From: an uncultured Candidatus Saccharibacteria bacterium | GTDB taxonomy: Bacteria; Patescibacteriota; Doudnabacteria; UBA920 | Reading direction: 5' to 3' | DNA length: 64,000 nt | NCBI GenBank assembly: GCA_964561085.1 | Contig: CAZLNP010000002.1 | Coordinates: 75,440 to 139,439, forward strand | Shown: piece by piece, positions 49,447-59,659 of the stretch | How positions within the stretch are numbered: position 1 is the stretch's first letter | Layout of the letters: each line of letters opens with the position of its first letter | Position numbers and translations under genes: made by a program | The notes under the pieces: generated by a model | The model's database searches: none | Told to the model about the DNA's origin: nothing | What the model saw: the letters and a program-made list of their open reading frames with translations, nothing else

Positions 49447-50520
49447 ATGTTTGACTCAGATTTTACACATGCTTTACTGGAGCGAATGGGTGGCAATTCC
49501 GCAACGGTTGTAATAGATAGCGATGGAGTTTGTGTTTTCGCGAACTCTAATGTTAAAAGTGTGTTAAATAAAAACGCGGAAGATTTGCATCAGAAAAATT
49601 TTGCAGATGTTTTTTCTATTTTTACTTTAGATAATGCAGAAGTGGTTCCAGAAAAGCATCCGATTCACAAAGCACTCTACTCAAAAGAGTTTACTCAAAC
49701 AACCCCATTCTTCTGCAAGCTTCCTGGTTTGGATGACACCTTCGCTTTAACAACCATCCCAATTCAAGGTACAGCTGGACAGACTAATTTTGTAATAGTT
49801 CAAATTCGTAAGGCAAAACGTGAAGTCCAAGTAGGAGAAATGAAATCTCTTTTTGTTTCTTTTGCAGCGCATCAGTTGAAAACACCCAGCTCTGTAGTTA
49901 AAGGTTTTTTGGAATTGATGATTCGTCAGGGAGAGAGCGCTTATTCTAAAGATCAATGGCATTTTCTTACTTCCGCCTTTGAGTCTAATGAGAACTTGAT
50001 AGGAGTTTCTAAAACTCTATTAAATATGGCTAGGTTAGAAGGGGGCTTAATTGAGCCAGCTATGCATAGTTTCGACCCACATTCTGTATTGCAAGCGAAA
50101 ATAAATAGTTATTCTCCTGTTTATTCGGTAAAAAACTTGAATATTACTTTAGCAGGAGTTGATCGCGATTCTGAGTTAAGTTTAAACAGTGATGAAAGTT
50201 TTTTTACCGAAGTGTTTGGAATTTTGCTTGGCAATGCTATTAAACATTCGCCAGGCAATTCTGAAATTTTAGTTACCTACACACTGTCCAAAGATAAATG
50301 CGAGGTGCATGTAATTGACAACGGGCCAGGGATCTCTTTAGCTATTAGAGAGAAATTATTTACAAAAGAGCAAGATACTACCCCTGACGAAAATAGTCAT
50401 GGCTTGGGTTTATATATGGCTAAAAAGTATATTGCATTGCTTGGTGGCTCGATTGGGTTGGAGGAACCTAGTGCAGATGCAGTTGGAAGTGATTTTTATT
50501 TCACTGTTCCGAATATATAA
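49447..50520 (+). CDS. PAS-domain histidine kinase
   Basis: PAS; FAAHQLKTP; NAIKH, DNGPGI, GLGLY. Confidence 0.9.
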   Translation: MFDSDFTHALLERMGGNSATVVIDSDGVCVFANSNVKSVLNKNAEDLHQKNFADVFSIFTLDNAEVVPEKHPIHKALYSKEFTQTTPFFCKLPGLDDTFALTTIPIQGTAGQTNFVIVQIRKAKREVQVGEMKSLFVSFAAHQLKTPSSVVKGFLELMIRQGESAYSKDQWHFLTSAFESNENLIGVSKTLLNMARLEGGLIEPAMHSFDPHSVLQAKINSYSPVYSVKNLNITLAGVDRDSELSLNSDESFFTEVFGILLGNAIKHSPGNSEILVTYTLSKDKCEVHVIDNGPGISLAIREKLFTKEQDTTPDENSHGLGLYMAKKYIALLGGSIGLEEPSADAVGSDFYFTVPNI

Positions 50521-50545
50521 AAAGATCTGCTATTGCAGATCTTTT
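50519..50545. terminator. Bidirectional terminator overlapping the fmt stop
   Basis: AAAAGATCTGC-TATT-GCAGATCTTTT. Confidence 0.75.
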
Positions 50546-51450
50546 GTTTTAAACTCTCGTTGTCCGTTAAGGAAGTCGCGCATACTCATTGGCTTTTTGC
50601 CAGCTGGCTGCAGTCTCACTAATCGAAGGTAAGTATTATTGCCACACTTTACTATATCTGCGGCATCGTTTGTTTCTAACTCAGCCTCACTTATAACCTC
50701 AGCCTCCAAAATTTTAACTACTTGTTCTTTCCAAGTTGTCCAAATTCCTGGCCATGGGGTGTAAGCTCTGAGCATATTATAAATTTCTGAAGCTGGTTTC
50801 GACCAGTCTACACGACCATGTTCTTTTTTAATTAGCTTTGTAAAAGTTGCCTCATTATGGTTTTGAACCTGTGGAGTAATGGAACCACTTTCGTATTTGG
50901 GTAATAAATCAATTAATAAATCGGTCGATACATCAGCAAGCTTTTTAGCTAAAGTCTCAAAAGTATCTTTTGGATCAATTGGGTATTCCTGCTGAGCTAA
51001 AATAGGGCCATGATCAACTAATTCATCTAGAATGAAGATGGTAGTACCAGTTACAGTTTCGCCATTTAGCAGTGCATACTGAATAGGCGCGGCCCCGCGA
51101 TACTTTGGCAACAAAGAAAAATGCACGTTCAAAGTTTTAAGAGGCGGAATGTCTAGTAATTCGATTGGAAGAATTTTTCCGTAAGAAACTACAATAAAAA
51201 TATCTGCGTTTAGAGTTTTTAAAAAATCAATAAACTCAGAGTTGTTTTTTACACGTTCTGGTTTTTGAACAGGGAGGTTTAGGGAGGTGGCTAAATTAGC
51301 AATTGCACTAGCCTGCATTTCCTGTTTTCTTCCAACCATGGCGTCTGGGCTAGTGATAACTTGAACAACTTCATGCCCAGATTCTTTCTGAGCTAAAGCC
51401 TCTAAAATGGGCAATCCTACATCGGATGTGCCAAAAAATACTATTTTCAA
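50530..51450 (-). CDS. fmt: Methionyl-tRNA formyltransferase
   Basis: FFGT, VVSYG.I, NVHFSLLPKYRGAAPI, PWPG. Confidence 0.96.
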   Translation of the reverse strand: MKIVFFGTSDVGLPILEALAQKESGHEVVQVITSPDAMVGRKQEMQASAIANLATSLNLPVQKPERVKNNSEFIDFLKTLNADIFIVVSYGKILPIELLDIPPLKTLNVHFSLLPKYRGAAPIQYALLNGETVTGTTIFILDELVDHGPILAQQEYPIDPKDTFETLAKKLADVSTDLLIDLLPKYESGSITPQVQNHNEATFTKLIKKEHGRVDWSKPASEIYNMLRAYTPWPGIWTTWKEQVVKILEAEVISEAELETNDAADIVKCGNNTYLRLVRLQPAGKKPMSMRDFLNGQREFKTKDLQ

Positions 51451-52010
51451 AACTTCATTCTCTTAATAATTTGACGAAGTACTTCGGCCTGAACTCGGCA
51501 ATCAACCAGTGCGGTATGGCGACCTTCAGGAACTTCAATTTTAAAATGCTTAGCTGCATCATCTAAACCAAAGCGGCTAAATCTTTTTTTGTCCTTCAAA
51601 AGTTTTTTAGTAGCCATGTAGCTGTAGAGCAAAGGCCATACATCAAAGACGTGGTAATCAAACTTGTACTTCATTGCTGATTTCCGGTAGCTAATTCGCA
51701 GCATCAGCGTGTCTAGAATTGTGCCGTATGGGGCTAAAATCACATCTGTTCCAAAAGTTTTCTCAAACTTTTTAAGCACAGTTTTTAGTGAAGGAGCATC
51801 TTTTAGAGTATCCCAAGTGATGTTATTGACTGCCATCGCTTCCTTCTCACGATTATTCCAGTGGCTTGGACGAATGTAGGAATTAAAATGCTTTTTTTCC
51901 TTCAAAGTTTTTTTATCTAATAAAACGCCTGCAAGTTGAATAAGCTCATGCTTAGTAAAGTCTAAGCCTGTAGCTTCTATATCTAGAACTAGTACGTCTT
52001 TATGAAACAT
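51447..52010 (-). CDS. DEDDh 3'-5' exonuclease
   Basis: LDIEATGL, D in ExoII, HTALVD. Confidence 0.88.
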   Translation of the reverse strand: MFHKDVLVLDIEATGLDFTKHELIQLAGVLLDKKTLKEKKHFNSYIRPSHWNNREKEAMAVNNITWDTLKDAPSLKTVLKKFEKTFGTDVILAPYGTILDTLMLRISYRKSAMKYKFDYHVFDVWPLLYSYMATKKLLKDKKRFSRFGLDDAAKHFKIEVPEGRHTALVDCRVQAEVLRQIIKRMKF

Positions 52011-52052
52011 GAGCGCTAAGTTTATTAATTAGTTTATTTAGTAGGGAAATTT

Positions 52053-52586
52053 TTATCCAATGACAATCCTTCTAAATACTTCTGCAGAGAGTCGGGCTTT
52101 TTCCAACGAATCGTGCGGGTTAGCTTGCTTTAAATTAAAGTGTTGAAACAAAGTTTGCATTGTCGGCATCTTTTTAAGACCATAGTGCAGAGTGTAAACG
52201 TAGCCTAAGGACCACAAATCTAAAACATGCGAGTCATAGTTGTAGGGCAGGAAAGTTTTTTTAAATGCTTGTCTTAAAAACTGGACGTTGGAAACAGAAT
52301 GAGTGGCTAGCAGGGGAGTGTCCCCGAATTTACTACTGAAAGATTTAATCACTTCGTATAACTTTGGGCTCTTTTGCAGCGTTTCAAATGGAACTTGAAG
52401 CATATCCGCGTGTTGAGTAATAGTGTTATCTAGAAAACTTACTTTAACGTATGAATTGAAAAAGTTTTTTTCGAGTAAGTTATCTTTGTCTAAAAGAACA
52501 GCTGACAATTGAATTATGGAATCTCGATCTACATTTTGACCAGTGACTTCGATTTGGAAAAGCAGAATATCTTTAATAAATTTCAT
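52053..52586 (-). CDS. DEDDh-fold protein with degenerate catalytic residues
   Basis: Paralogue of the neighbour but reads FQIEVTG and HDSLEKA. Confidence 0.78.
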   Translation of the reverse strand: MKFIKDILLFQIEVTGQNVDRDSIIQLSAVLLDKDNLLEKNFFNSYVKVSFLDNTITQHADMLQVPFETLQKSPKLYEVIKSFSSKFGDTPLLATHSVSNVQFLRQAFKKTFLPYNYDSHVLDLWSLGYVYTLHYGLKKMPTMQTLFQHFNLKQANPHDSLEKARLSAEVFRRIVIG

Positions 52587-52598
52587 ATGGATCAGCTG

Positions 52599-53096
52599 TT
52601 ATTTTGTTTCTGAGTAGTTAGGTAGGATATCTTCTCCTTTAGTTATTTTCTCGAGCTTATCGTAGATTAAAGTATTTTGTAAGTGGTCGTATTCATGCTG
52701 AAGCACTCGGGCAAGAAAAGTGTCATCTGTGATGGTAAATTTTTGACCATCAATGTCGTAAGCCTCCATAGTAATTTTCTTCGGTCGACGAACCATTCCA
52801 AACACTCCCGGCATAGAAAGACAGCCTTCTTCCATCTCTGAAGTTTCTTTGGAGTAGTGAGTAATTTTTGGATTGATAATAGGGAAGGCTGGAATGTCAG
52901 CATCTTCTAAATAGATCAATGCCATGTTCAAGTTTTTGCTAACTTGGGGAGCAGCTAATCCTACGCCCTGCGCAGAGATAACAGTATCGAGCATATTCTT
53001 AAGAAGCTTAACTACATCTTTCTTTAGAGGGAAAGTCAGGTCTTCAACAGGGGTGCGTAAAACTTTAGCTGGGAGTTTAGAAATTGGTAATACCAT
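52599..53096 (-). CDS. def: Peptide deformylase
   Basis: GVGLAAPQ, EGCLS, QHEYDHL. Confidence 0.97.
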   Translation of the reverse strand: MVLPISKLPAKVLRTPVEDLTFPLKKDVVKLLKNMLDTVISAQGVGLAAPQVSKNLNMALIYLEDADIPAFPIINPKITHYSKETSEMEEGCLSMPGVFGMVRRPKKITMEAYDIDGQKFTITDDTFLARVLQHEYDHLQNTLIYDKLEKITKGEDILPNYSETK

Positions 53097-53098
53097 GG

Positions 53099-53377
53099 TT
53101 AAGTTTTGGGTTTAAGTGATTCGTTATGTTTCTTTATTAGGTAGGAAAATAGTCTGCCACGATTTGTGACCTTTGGATTTTCCAGAATTTCTCCAGCAAT
53201 TTTGCGAAGCAAATCGTGATTATATGTCACAGCCATTTTTAAATAGAGGCCAAAATGGGCTTTGTCATTCATTTGCTGAGTTAATTCGTCCGCCAAAAGA
53301 TGTGAAGCGGAATGTAGGTGTGGATTTCGCTTTTTTACTAGCTTATGTTTATTGGCTACATCTTTTAGTGAGTCCAT
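53099..53377 (-). CDS. Hypothetical protein
   Basis: First ORF of the def operon; TATAAT 6 nt before the ATG. Confidence 0.7.
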   Translation of the reverse strand: MDSLKDVANKHKLVKKRNPHLHSASHLLADELTQQMNDKAHFGLYLKMAVTYNHDLLRKIAGEILENPKVTNRGRLFSYLIKKHNESLKPKT

Positions 53378-53434
53378 ACCCTCATTATACCGAAACTAGG
53401 CTAAAAATGCGAAAAAAGCTATAATATAGCTAAT

Positions 53435-54292
53435 ATGAGTAAAAAAATCCTTGGCACAGTTCTATTTGTTTTGATTATCACGATTGTGGTTTTTGAAGGT
53501 ATCCCAAAACAGGCTTTTGATTGGGTTCGCAAAACCGAAGTTGGAGCACGGGTTTTGAGCTATGTTCAAAATGATCAGAATCTTTCTGGGCTACTTCGTG
53601 GTCCTTTGGATGGATTAAATTCAAGTGAGCTAACGTCATCTGGGATTATTACTTGGACAAATACTCAGCGTGAAGCTCAAGGACTTATCCCGCTTCATGA
53701 AAATGCACAGCTTAGGAAAGCTGCAGAAGCAAAAGTTGATGATATGTTTGCAAAGCAATATTTCGAACATGAGTCACCTGATGGAAAGACACCTGCAGAT
53801 GTAATTCGCAAAGCTGGTTATGCCTACATTGTTGTAGGAGAAAATTTAGCTTTGGGAAATTTTAAAGATGATGAAACTTTAGTACAAGCATGGATGGATA
53901 GCCCGGGACACCGCGCAAATATTTTGAACGGGAAGTATCAGGAAATTGGCACTGCGGCAAAAAAAGGAATGTTCGAAGGTAAAGAAGTATGGTTGGCAGT
54001 TCAAGAGTTTGGCGCGCCACTTTCTGCTTGTCCAACTACGGGAACAGGCGTGAAAGCACAGATTGATTCTAATCGTAATCAACTAGCGGTTAATCAAGCT
54101 GAGCTGCAAAAGCAAAAAGCTGCGTTAAATGCTAATCGTTATAAAAGCCAAGATGAATACAATACCGCTGTTGCTAAGTACAATGCATTGGTAGAACGAA
54201 CTAATGCTTTGGCAGATGATACGCAGAGACTTGTGACTGATTACAACAATAGTGTTAATCAGTTTAATAAATGCTTGGAGTCAAATTCATGA
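53435..54292 (+). CDS. CAP (SCP) domain protein with coiled-coil tail
   Basis: TN..R, DM....YF.H, GENLA, AWMDSPGHRANIL. Confidence 0.92.
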   Translation: MSKKILGTVLFVLIITIVVFEGIPKQAFDWVRKTEVGARVLSYVQNDQNLSGLLRGPLDGLNSSELTSSGIITWTNTQREAQGLIPLHENAQLRKAAEAKVDDMFAKQYFEHESPDGKTPADVIRKAGYAYIVVGENLALGNFKDDETLVQAWMDSPGHRANILNGKYQEIGTAAKKGMFEGKEVWLAVQEFGAPLSACPTTGTGVKAQIDSNRNQLAVNQAELQKQKAALNANRYKSQDEYNTAVAKYNALVERTNALADDTQRLVTDYNNSVNQFNKCLESNS

Positions 54293-55596
54293 AAATTGAT
54301 GTCGCTGGTTTAAAGATTGATGCTATTACAAAAGTAGAGTTGCTTGAGCAGATTAAGCAAAGAGTCTCGGCAAAGCAAAAAACTTTTGTCACTACTCCTT
54401 ACTCTGAATTTTTATATGCGAGTTTGCGTAGCAAAGAAACACGAGCGCTTTTAAACAGTGCAGATTTTTCTATTCCAGATGGCATAGGGATTTTGTGGGC
54501 GCAAGTGTTTATGTCACAACCATTCACTTTCTCCAACTTCTACTTAAAGATTGTACAAGCGTGGTGCCAGGTTGTGTGGACCGGGGCATCTATATTGATG
54601 AAGCCAAGTCGTATATATAAAGATATACCTGAAAAAATTGTCGGCGCAGATTTAGCGTGGGATTTAGCTGAGTTGGCTGCTAAAAATAATTTCTCGATTT
54701 ATTTGCTTGGTGCAAGAGGGGATATTGCAAATAAAGTGGCTGATAAGTTTATGAGTAAATTCCCAGGTATAAAAATTGCCGGCACTTCTAATAAAGATAT
54801 TTCAGACCCATCAATTTTTTCTGATATCACAAAAGTAGCCCCAGATATAATATTCGTGGCGTTTAGTAGACTCTCCTCTGAAGCATGGATAAAAGAAAAC
54901 CTAAAAGACTTGCCTGCATCTTTGGCAATTGGCTTAGGTGGAACTTTTGATTATATTGCAGGGGCTAAGATAGCTCCGCCGAAGTTCATTCGCGCAATTG
55001 GTTTGGAGTGGCTCTATAGACTTATAACTCAACCTTCTAGATTGAAAAGAATCATCGATGCCACTTGGGGGTTAGTGCTGGGATTAGTTAGATATAAAGT
55101 TTGGACATCTACTCCGCTAAGAAAAAATGGTGTGGCAGTAGTGGTAAATAAATACGGCAAAATTTTGTTATGCAGAAGAGTGCCAGCCCCAGCAAAACAT
55201 GGGGGAGACCCTCATGTAATACTTAATGATTATTGGCAATTTCCTCAGGGGGGATTAGACGAAGGTGAAGATCCTTTGGAAGGAACCAAAAGAGAATTGT
55301 TCGAAGAAACTTCTATAAAAAGTATTGAGCTTATTAAAGTTGCGGAATACATTAATACTTATGAATGGAATAATGCAAACCGCCCATTTATAACTAATCG
55401 GTTTAAGCATCGGGGTCAGGAACAGATAACTGCGATTCTTAAGTTTACGGGTAGTGATGAAGAGATTCATCTTGATCAACGTGAACTAATTGATTACAAA
55501 TGGGTAAATTCTCAAGATGTAGATAAAATTATATCGCCTGATAGGCGTAGGCACGCCGAGATTATCCTTGCAGAATTGGCCGAAATTCAACTATAA
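54289..55596 (+). CDS. WecG/TagA glycosyltransferase fused to an RppH-like NUDIX domain
   Basis: PDGIG, G.DL, GLGGTFD, LEWLYRL..QP.R, then WQFPQGG.D.GE......RELFEET. Start at ATG 54289. Confidence 0.88.
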   Translation: MKIDVAGLKIDAITKVELLEQIKQRVSAKQKTFVTTPYSEFLYASLRSKETRALLNSADFSIPDGIGILWAQVFMSQPFTFSNFYLKIVQAWCQVVWTGASILMKPSRIYKDIPEKIVGADLAWDLAELAAKNNFSIYLLGARGDIANKVADKFMSKFPGIKIAGTSNKDISDPSIFSDITKVAPDIIFVAFSRLSSEAWIKENLKDLPASLAIGLGGTFDYIAGAKIAPPKFIRAIGLEWLYRLITQPSRLKRIIDATWGLVLGLVRYKVWTSTPLRKNGVAVVVNKYGKILLCRRVPAPAKHGGDPHVILNDYWQFPQGGLDEGEDPLEGTKRELFEETSIKSIELIKVAEYINTYEWNNANRPFITNRFKHRGQEQITAILKFTGSDEEIHLDQRELIDYKWVNSQDVDKIISPDRRRHAEIILAELAEIQL

Positions 55597-55616
55597 TTCA
55601 GTACTAACCTAAATTT

Positions 55617-57152
55617 ATGACCGATTCAAAACCACAGATCAATAAACCAATCCGTGCTCGATTTGCACCAAGCCCAACCGGGTTTGTGCATATTGGGAGT
55701 GTTCGAACAGCGTTATTCAATTTCTTATTGGCACGCCATTTTGGCGGAACTAGTATTCTCCGTATAGAAGATACAGATCAATCTCGTTTCGTAGATGGGT
55801 CTGTAGCAAATTTACTTTCAGTTATGAAAACCCTGGGCATCGAATTCGATGAAGGTCCTAGTGTTGATGAATCAGGTAATTTGAAAGAGCTTGGCGACTT
55901 CGGACCTTATACTCAATCGGCTCGTTTAGACATTTACAAAAAGCATATTCAAACTTTGCTTGATAGCAAAAATGCTTACTATTGTTTTTGTAGTTCAGAG
56001 AGACTAGATGAACTTCGCAAAGAACAGATGGCTCTTAAGCAACCAGCTATGTACGATCGTTTGTGTCGTAACCTGAGTGAAGAAGAGTTGGCTGGCAAAC
56101 AAGAAGAATTTAAGGTTGCAGGTAAAAATGCCGTAATCCGTTTTGCTGTGCCTTTGGAAGGGGAGACAGTTGTAAACGATTTAGTGTTTGGTGACATGAA
56201 ATATCAGAATGCTCTGTTGGATGATCATGTTCTAATAAAGTCTGATGGCTTTCCGACTTATCACTTCGCAGTCGTAGTGGATGATCATTTAATGCAAATT
56301 ACTCATGTAGTCCGCGGTGAGGAGTGGATCCCTTCAACACCAAAACACCTCTTAACTTACAAGGCTTTTGGATGGGAACCGACTCAATTTGCCCATATGC
56401 CACTAATCTTGAATCCAGATAAATCCAAGCTGTCTAAGCGCCAAGGTGATGTTGCTGCAGAGGACTTTTTGAACAAAGGTTATTTACCAGAAGCCTTAAT
56501 TAACTTTGTGGCTTTGTTAGGTTGGAATCCAAAAACAGAGCAAGAGATTTTTTCTATGGAAGAACTTATTGCTCAGTTTGATTTAGCAAAAGTAAACAAG
56601 TCAGGCGCAGTGCTAGACACAGTAAAACTAGACTGGATGAACGCTGAATATATTCGAACTCAAACAAATTCAGATTTAGTAGAACTTGCAAAACCTTATT
56701 GGTTAGAAGCGGGTGTAGATTTTAATAAGTACAGCAATGAATACTTCGAAGCAATCATAGCTTTAGAAAAAGAACGGTTGAAAAAACTTTCTGATCTTCC
56801 AGATATCACTAAATACTTTTTCGAAGAGTTGCCAAAAATTGAAGCAGAAAAATTAGTTTGGAAAAAAAGCAATCCAAAAGATACTAAACATAATTTAGTC
56901 TTACTTCAAGACCTATTTAGAATTTCTGATGACGAAGTAATGTTGTCTTCACAAAAATTAGAAGAAACAGTTAAGGCGTTTATTGCAGAGCATGAGTTAG
57001 ATAATGGCTCCGTGCTTTGGCCTCTTCGTTATGGAATGACTGGAGAAGATAAAAGTCCAAGTCCTTTCGAAGTCACTGCTACAATTTTCTTAGGTTTAGG
57101 GCGCGAAAATGTAATGAGTCGCCTACAACAGGGGATAGATTTATTAGCGTAA
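55617..57152 (+). CDS. gltX: Glutamate--tRNA ligase
   Basis: RFAPSPTG..HIGS, RIEDTD, THVVRGEEW, KLSKR. Confidence 0.97.
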   Translation: MTDSKPQINKPIRARFAPSPTGFVHIGSVRTALFNFLLARHFGGTSILRIEDTDQSRFVDGSVANLLSVMKTLGIEFDEGPSVDESGNLKELGDFGPYTQSARLDIYKKHIQTLLDSKNAYYCFCSSERLDELRKEQMALKQPAMYDRLCRNLSEEELAGKQEEFKVAGKNAVIRFAVPLEGETVVNDLVFGDMKYQNALLDDHVLIKSDGFPTYHFAVVVDDHLMQITHVVRGEEWIPSTPKHLLTYKAFGWEPTQFAHMPLILNPDKSKLSKRQGDVAAEDFLNKGYLPEALINFVALLGWNPKTEQEIFSMEELIAQFDLAKVNKSGAVLDTVKLDWMNAEYIRTQTNSDLVELAKPYWLEAGVDFNKYSNEYFEAIIALEKERLKKLSDLPDITKYFFEELPKIEAEKLVWKKSNPKDTKHNLVLLQDLFRISDDEVMLSSQKLEETVKAFIAEHELDNGSVLWPLRYGMTGEDKSPSPFEVTATIFLGLGRENVMSRLQQGIDLLA

Positions 57153-57195
57153 AAATTGTTTAGAATTTTGCCCCAAATGTGATATAATTTGAGTA

Positions 57196-58500
57196 ATGTT
57201 TACTCAAAGATTAGAAACCAAAACTATCTATAAAATCGTTATTTTAACCGCATTAATTGGTTTAATTAGTGTTGGATTTTTTGTTTTCTTGCTTACTTCA
57301 GCGGGGAACTCGGCTTTAGCCGCTAATGATCAAAAAGATATCTTAAACGATAAGCTGCGCAGGCTTCAAGATCAGATTAATAGCTATCAACAGTCTATTA
57401 ACCAAACCAGGAAACAAGGGGCTAGTTTGCAGAACGAAATTAGTATTTATGACAACCAGATTGCGTCTTTAGAACTCCAAATTCAAGCTAATGAGACTCA
57501 GACTGAAGACACTAATTTACAAATTGCTGAGTTGCAGACTCAAATCGATCGCCGTCGTTTAGAAATTGAAGAAAATAGAGTTATATTAGGTCAGCTAGTT
57601 GTTCAGCTCGCTGAGTTGGACGATAAATCTTTCTTGAATATTGGTTTAGGCACAGACAACTTTTCATCATTCTTAGATCAAATTCAGTACAACCGAAGCA
57701 TTACACAACAAGTTTATACTTTAGTTGCGAAAATTAAGGAAATTAAAACAAAGCTAGAAGTTCAGCAAGAAGATTTGAAGAAGTCATTACAGAAGCTCAA
57801 GGAGCTTTCGGGGCAACTTGATATCGCAAGGCAAGCATTAGATGAAGACCGTTCTTCCAAAGCTAATTTGCTAGCTCAAACTAAAGGAACAGAAGCTAAT
57901 TACAAAAAACTTCTTAACGCTAGTAATGCCGAAGAAGATAAGATTCAAGCCGAGCTCTATAACTTAGATGCAGGTGCTCGTCAGCGCGCTGGTAACCCAA
58001 CAATTTCTGCAAAGAAAGGTGTGTTAGGCTGGCCAATGGACGGCATAATGACCCAGGGATATGGTAATACAGGATTTACATCACTTGGATATAATTTCCA
58101 CAATGGAATTGACTTAGCCGCTCCTGCTGGTAAACCAATTTATGCTGCAGCAGATGGTACAGTAGCTCATTGTAATTCTAGCCAGTCTGCATATGGTAAC
58201 TGGTGTACTATCTATCATACGGTAGATACAAACAGTGGCGCGCGCGATATTGTAACTTTGTATGCTCACATGCGTTCTATGGTGGTATCACCAGGAGCAA
58301 ATGTTAAGCTTGGCGATTTAATTGGCTATGAAGGTAATACTGGAAATACAACAAGATTATTATATGGACCTGATCGAGGGTATCACTTGCACTTCACTGT
58401 GTTCGACAGAAAAGGATATACCGTAACTAAAGGGTCTTATGGAAACTATATGGTGCCGTCAGGCGTAACTTACAACCCACTTAGCTTCCTTGGTAGATGA
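57196..58500 (+). CDS. Coiled-coil + M23 peptidase (EnvC/PcsB-like architecture, intact Zn ligands)
   Basis: Signal/TM, long coil, HNGID, YAH, HLHF. Confidence 0.9.
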   Translation: MFTQRLETKTIYKIVILTALIGLISVGFFVFLLTSAGNSALAANDQKDILNDKLRRLQDQINSYQQSINQTRKQGASLQNEISIYDNQIASLELQIQANETQTEDTNLQIAELQTQIDRRRLEIEENRVILGQLVVQLAELDDKSFLNIGLGTDNFSSFLDQIQYNRSITQQVYTLVAKIKEIKTKLEVQQEDLKKSLQKLKELSGQLDIARQALDEDRSSKANLLAQTKGTEANYKKLLNASNAEEDKIQAELYNLDAGARQRAGNPTISAKKGVLGWPMDGIMTQGYGNTGFTSLGYNFHNGIDLAAPAGKPIYAAADGTVAHCNSSQSAYGNWCTIYHTVDTNSGARDIVTLYAHMRSMVVSPGANVKLGDLIGYEGNTGNTTRLLYGPDRGYHLHFTVFDRKGYTVTKGSYGNYMVPSGVTYNPLSFLGR

Positions 58501-59648
58501 TCAAACCATTCCTAAATTTTTTGAAAAACTTAGCGCCTAGTCGCCAAACAGGGCGGGCAATACTTACTGGTTTTTTCATTGTGCAATTACTGTTTGGGTA
58601 CATGGGAGCAATGCAGGTTAATACTGTTCACGCCCAACTAATACCTAACGCATTAAACTCAAATACAAATAGTAGCCCGGCTGCTATTAAGGTTCCGGTG
58701 TATAATGGAGTTGAGGATAGTATTAAAAACTTTCTTTGTGTGCCGGATGACAATAATTTAGGCACAGCTCTTTTTGATTGTATAAGTAAAGTTTACAGAT
58801 TCGGAATTGCTTTTGGTGGTATTGCGCTAGTTTTCTTCATTGTCTTTGCCGGGTATTTGTACATTGCCGGTGGGGAAGCGAGCAAGGGCAAAGGTAAAAC
58901 GATTTTCACTACGGCGCTCACAGGTATGGCCATCATTCTTTCCAGTTATGTGCTGTTAAGGTTTATCAATCCAAATTTAGTAATAATTAAACCGATTCAA
59001 ACTCCAATTTTTCAGGCAGGGGATTTACCTAGATGTGAGGATGTAGGGTTCCAAGGTAATTGTGTGCTGCCGAGTGGTAACGTACAGATTACTTCAAATG
59101 GTGGAAACGGTGCCGCGTATGGTGGCAGAGGCTGTAAGCCAATCACAAATAATAATTCTCCAGCTTCTATTGATAACCTCTCTAAAACATGTTGGGGAAA
59201 ATTTGGAGCACAGGTTGTAAAGAATGCTTCTATAGTTGCTGCGAACGAAACAGGTGGCCGTCCGATCGATGTTTTCGCGGGATCTTGTGGAGCTGGTAAA
59301 AAACCTGCTAGGTGCTCTGGTGGAGAAATTCCTGTGTTTGGAGTTTTCCAAATCAATATAGCCGCCCATCCAATCCCTGATGGTAAAGGGAATTTATTAG
59401 ATTGCCCTTCTGCATTTACACGAGGTAGCGCAAGTTTTTGCAGTAATGGATGTCAGGTGAAGGCTGATAAAAAGGATTTGTATAACCAATGTTATCAAGC
59501 ACTTAAAAATTTAAACAACGAGTTCGAGGTGGCTTGTAGGTTGTATAAAGCTAATTTGGGAAATCCAAGAGGTAAAACTGGAAAAGGGTTAGGGTTTGAT
59601 GATTGGGGGAATACGGCCAATGAACATGGAAACAAGTGTGGATTCTAA
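58497..59648 (+). CDS. T4SS-pilin-like membrane module fused to a lysozyme/SLT-like domain
   Basis: C..C + 2 TM + INPNL module; C-terminal ANETGG, GVFQIN, N...A..LY, DDW; Cys-rich. Confidence 0.72.
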   Translation: MIKPFLNFLKNLAPSRQTGRAILTGFFIVQLLFGYMGAMQVNTVHAQLIPNALNSNTNSSPAAIKVPVYNGVEDSIKNFLCVPDDNNLGTALFDCISKVYRFGIAFGGIALVFFIVFAGYLYIAGGEASKGKGKTIFTTALTGMAIILSSYVLLRFINPNLVIIKPIQTPIFQAGDLPRCEDVGFQGNCVLPSGNVQITSNGGNGAAYGGRGCKPITNNNSPASIDNLSKTCWGKFGAQVVKNASIVAANETGGRPIDVFAGSCGAGKKPARCSGGEIPVFGVFQINIAAHPIPDGKGNLLDCPSAFTRGSASFCSNGCQVKADKKDLYNQCYQALKNLNNEFEVACRLYKANLGNPRGKTGKGLGFDDWGNTANEHGNKCGF

Positions 59649-59659
59649 TATAAAATTAC

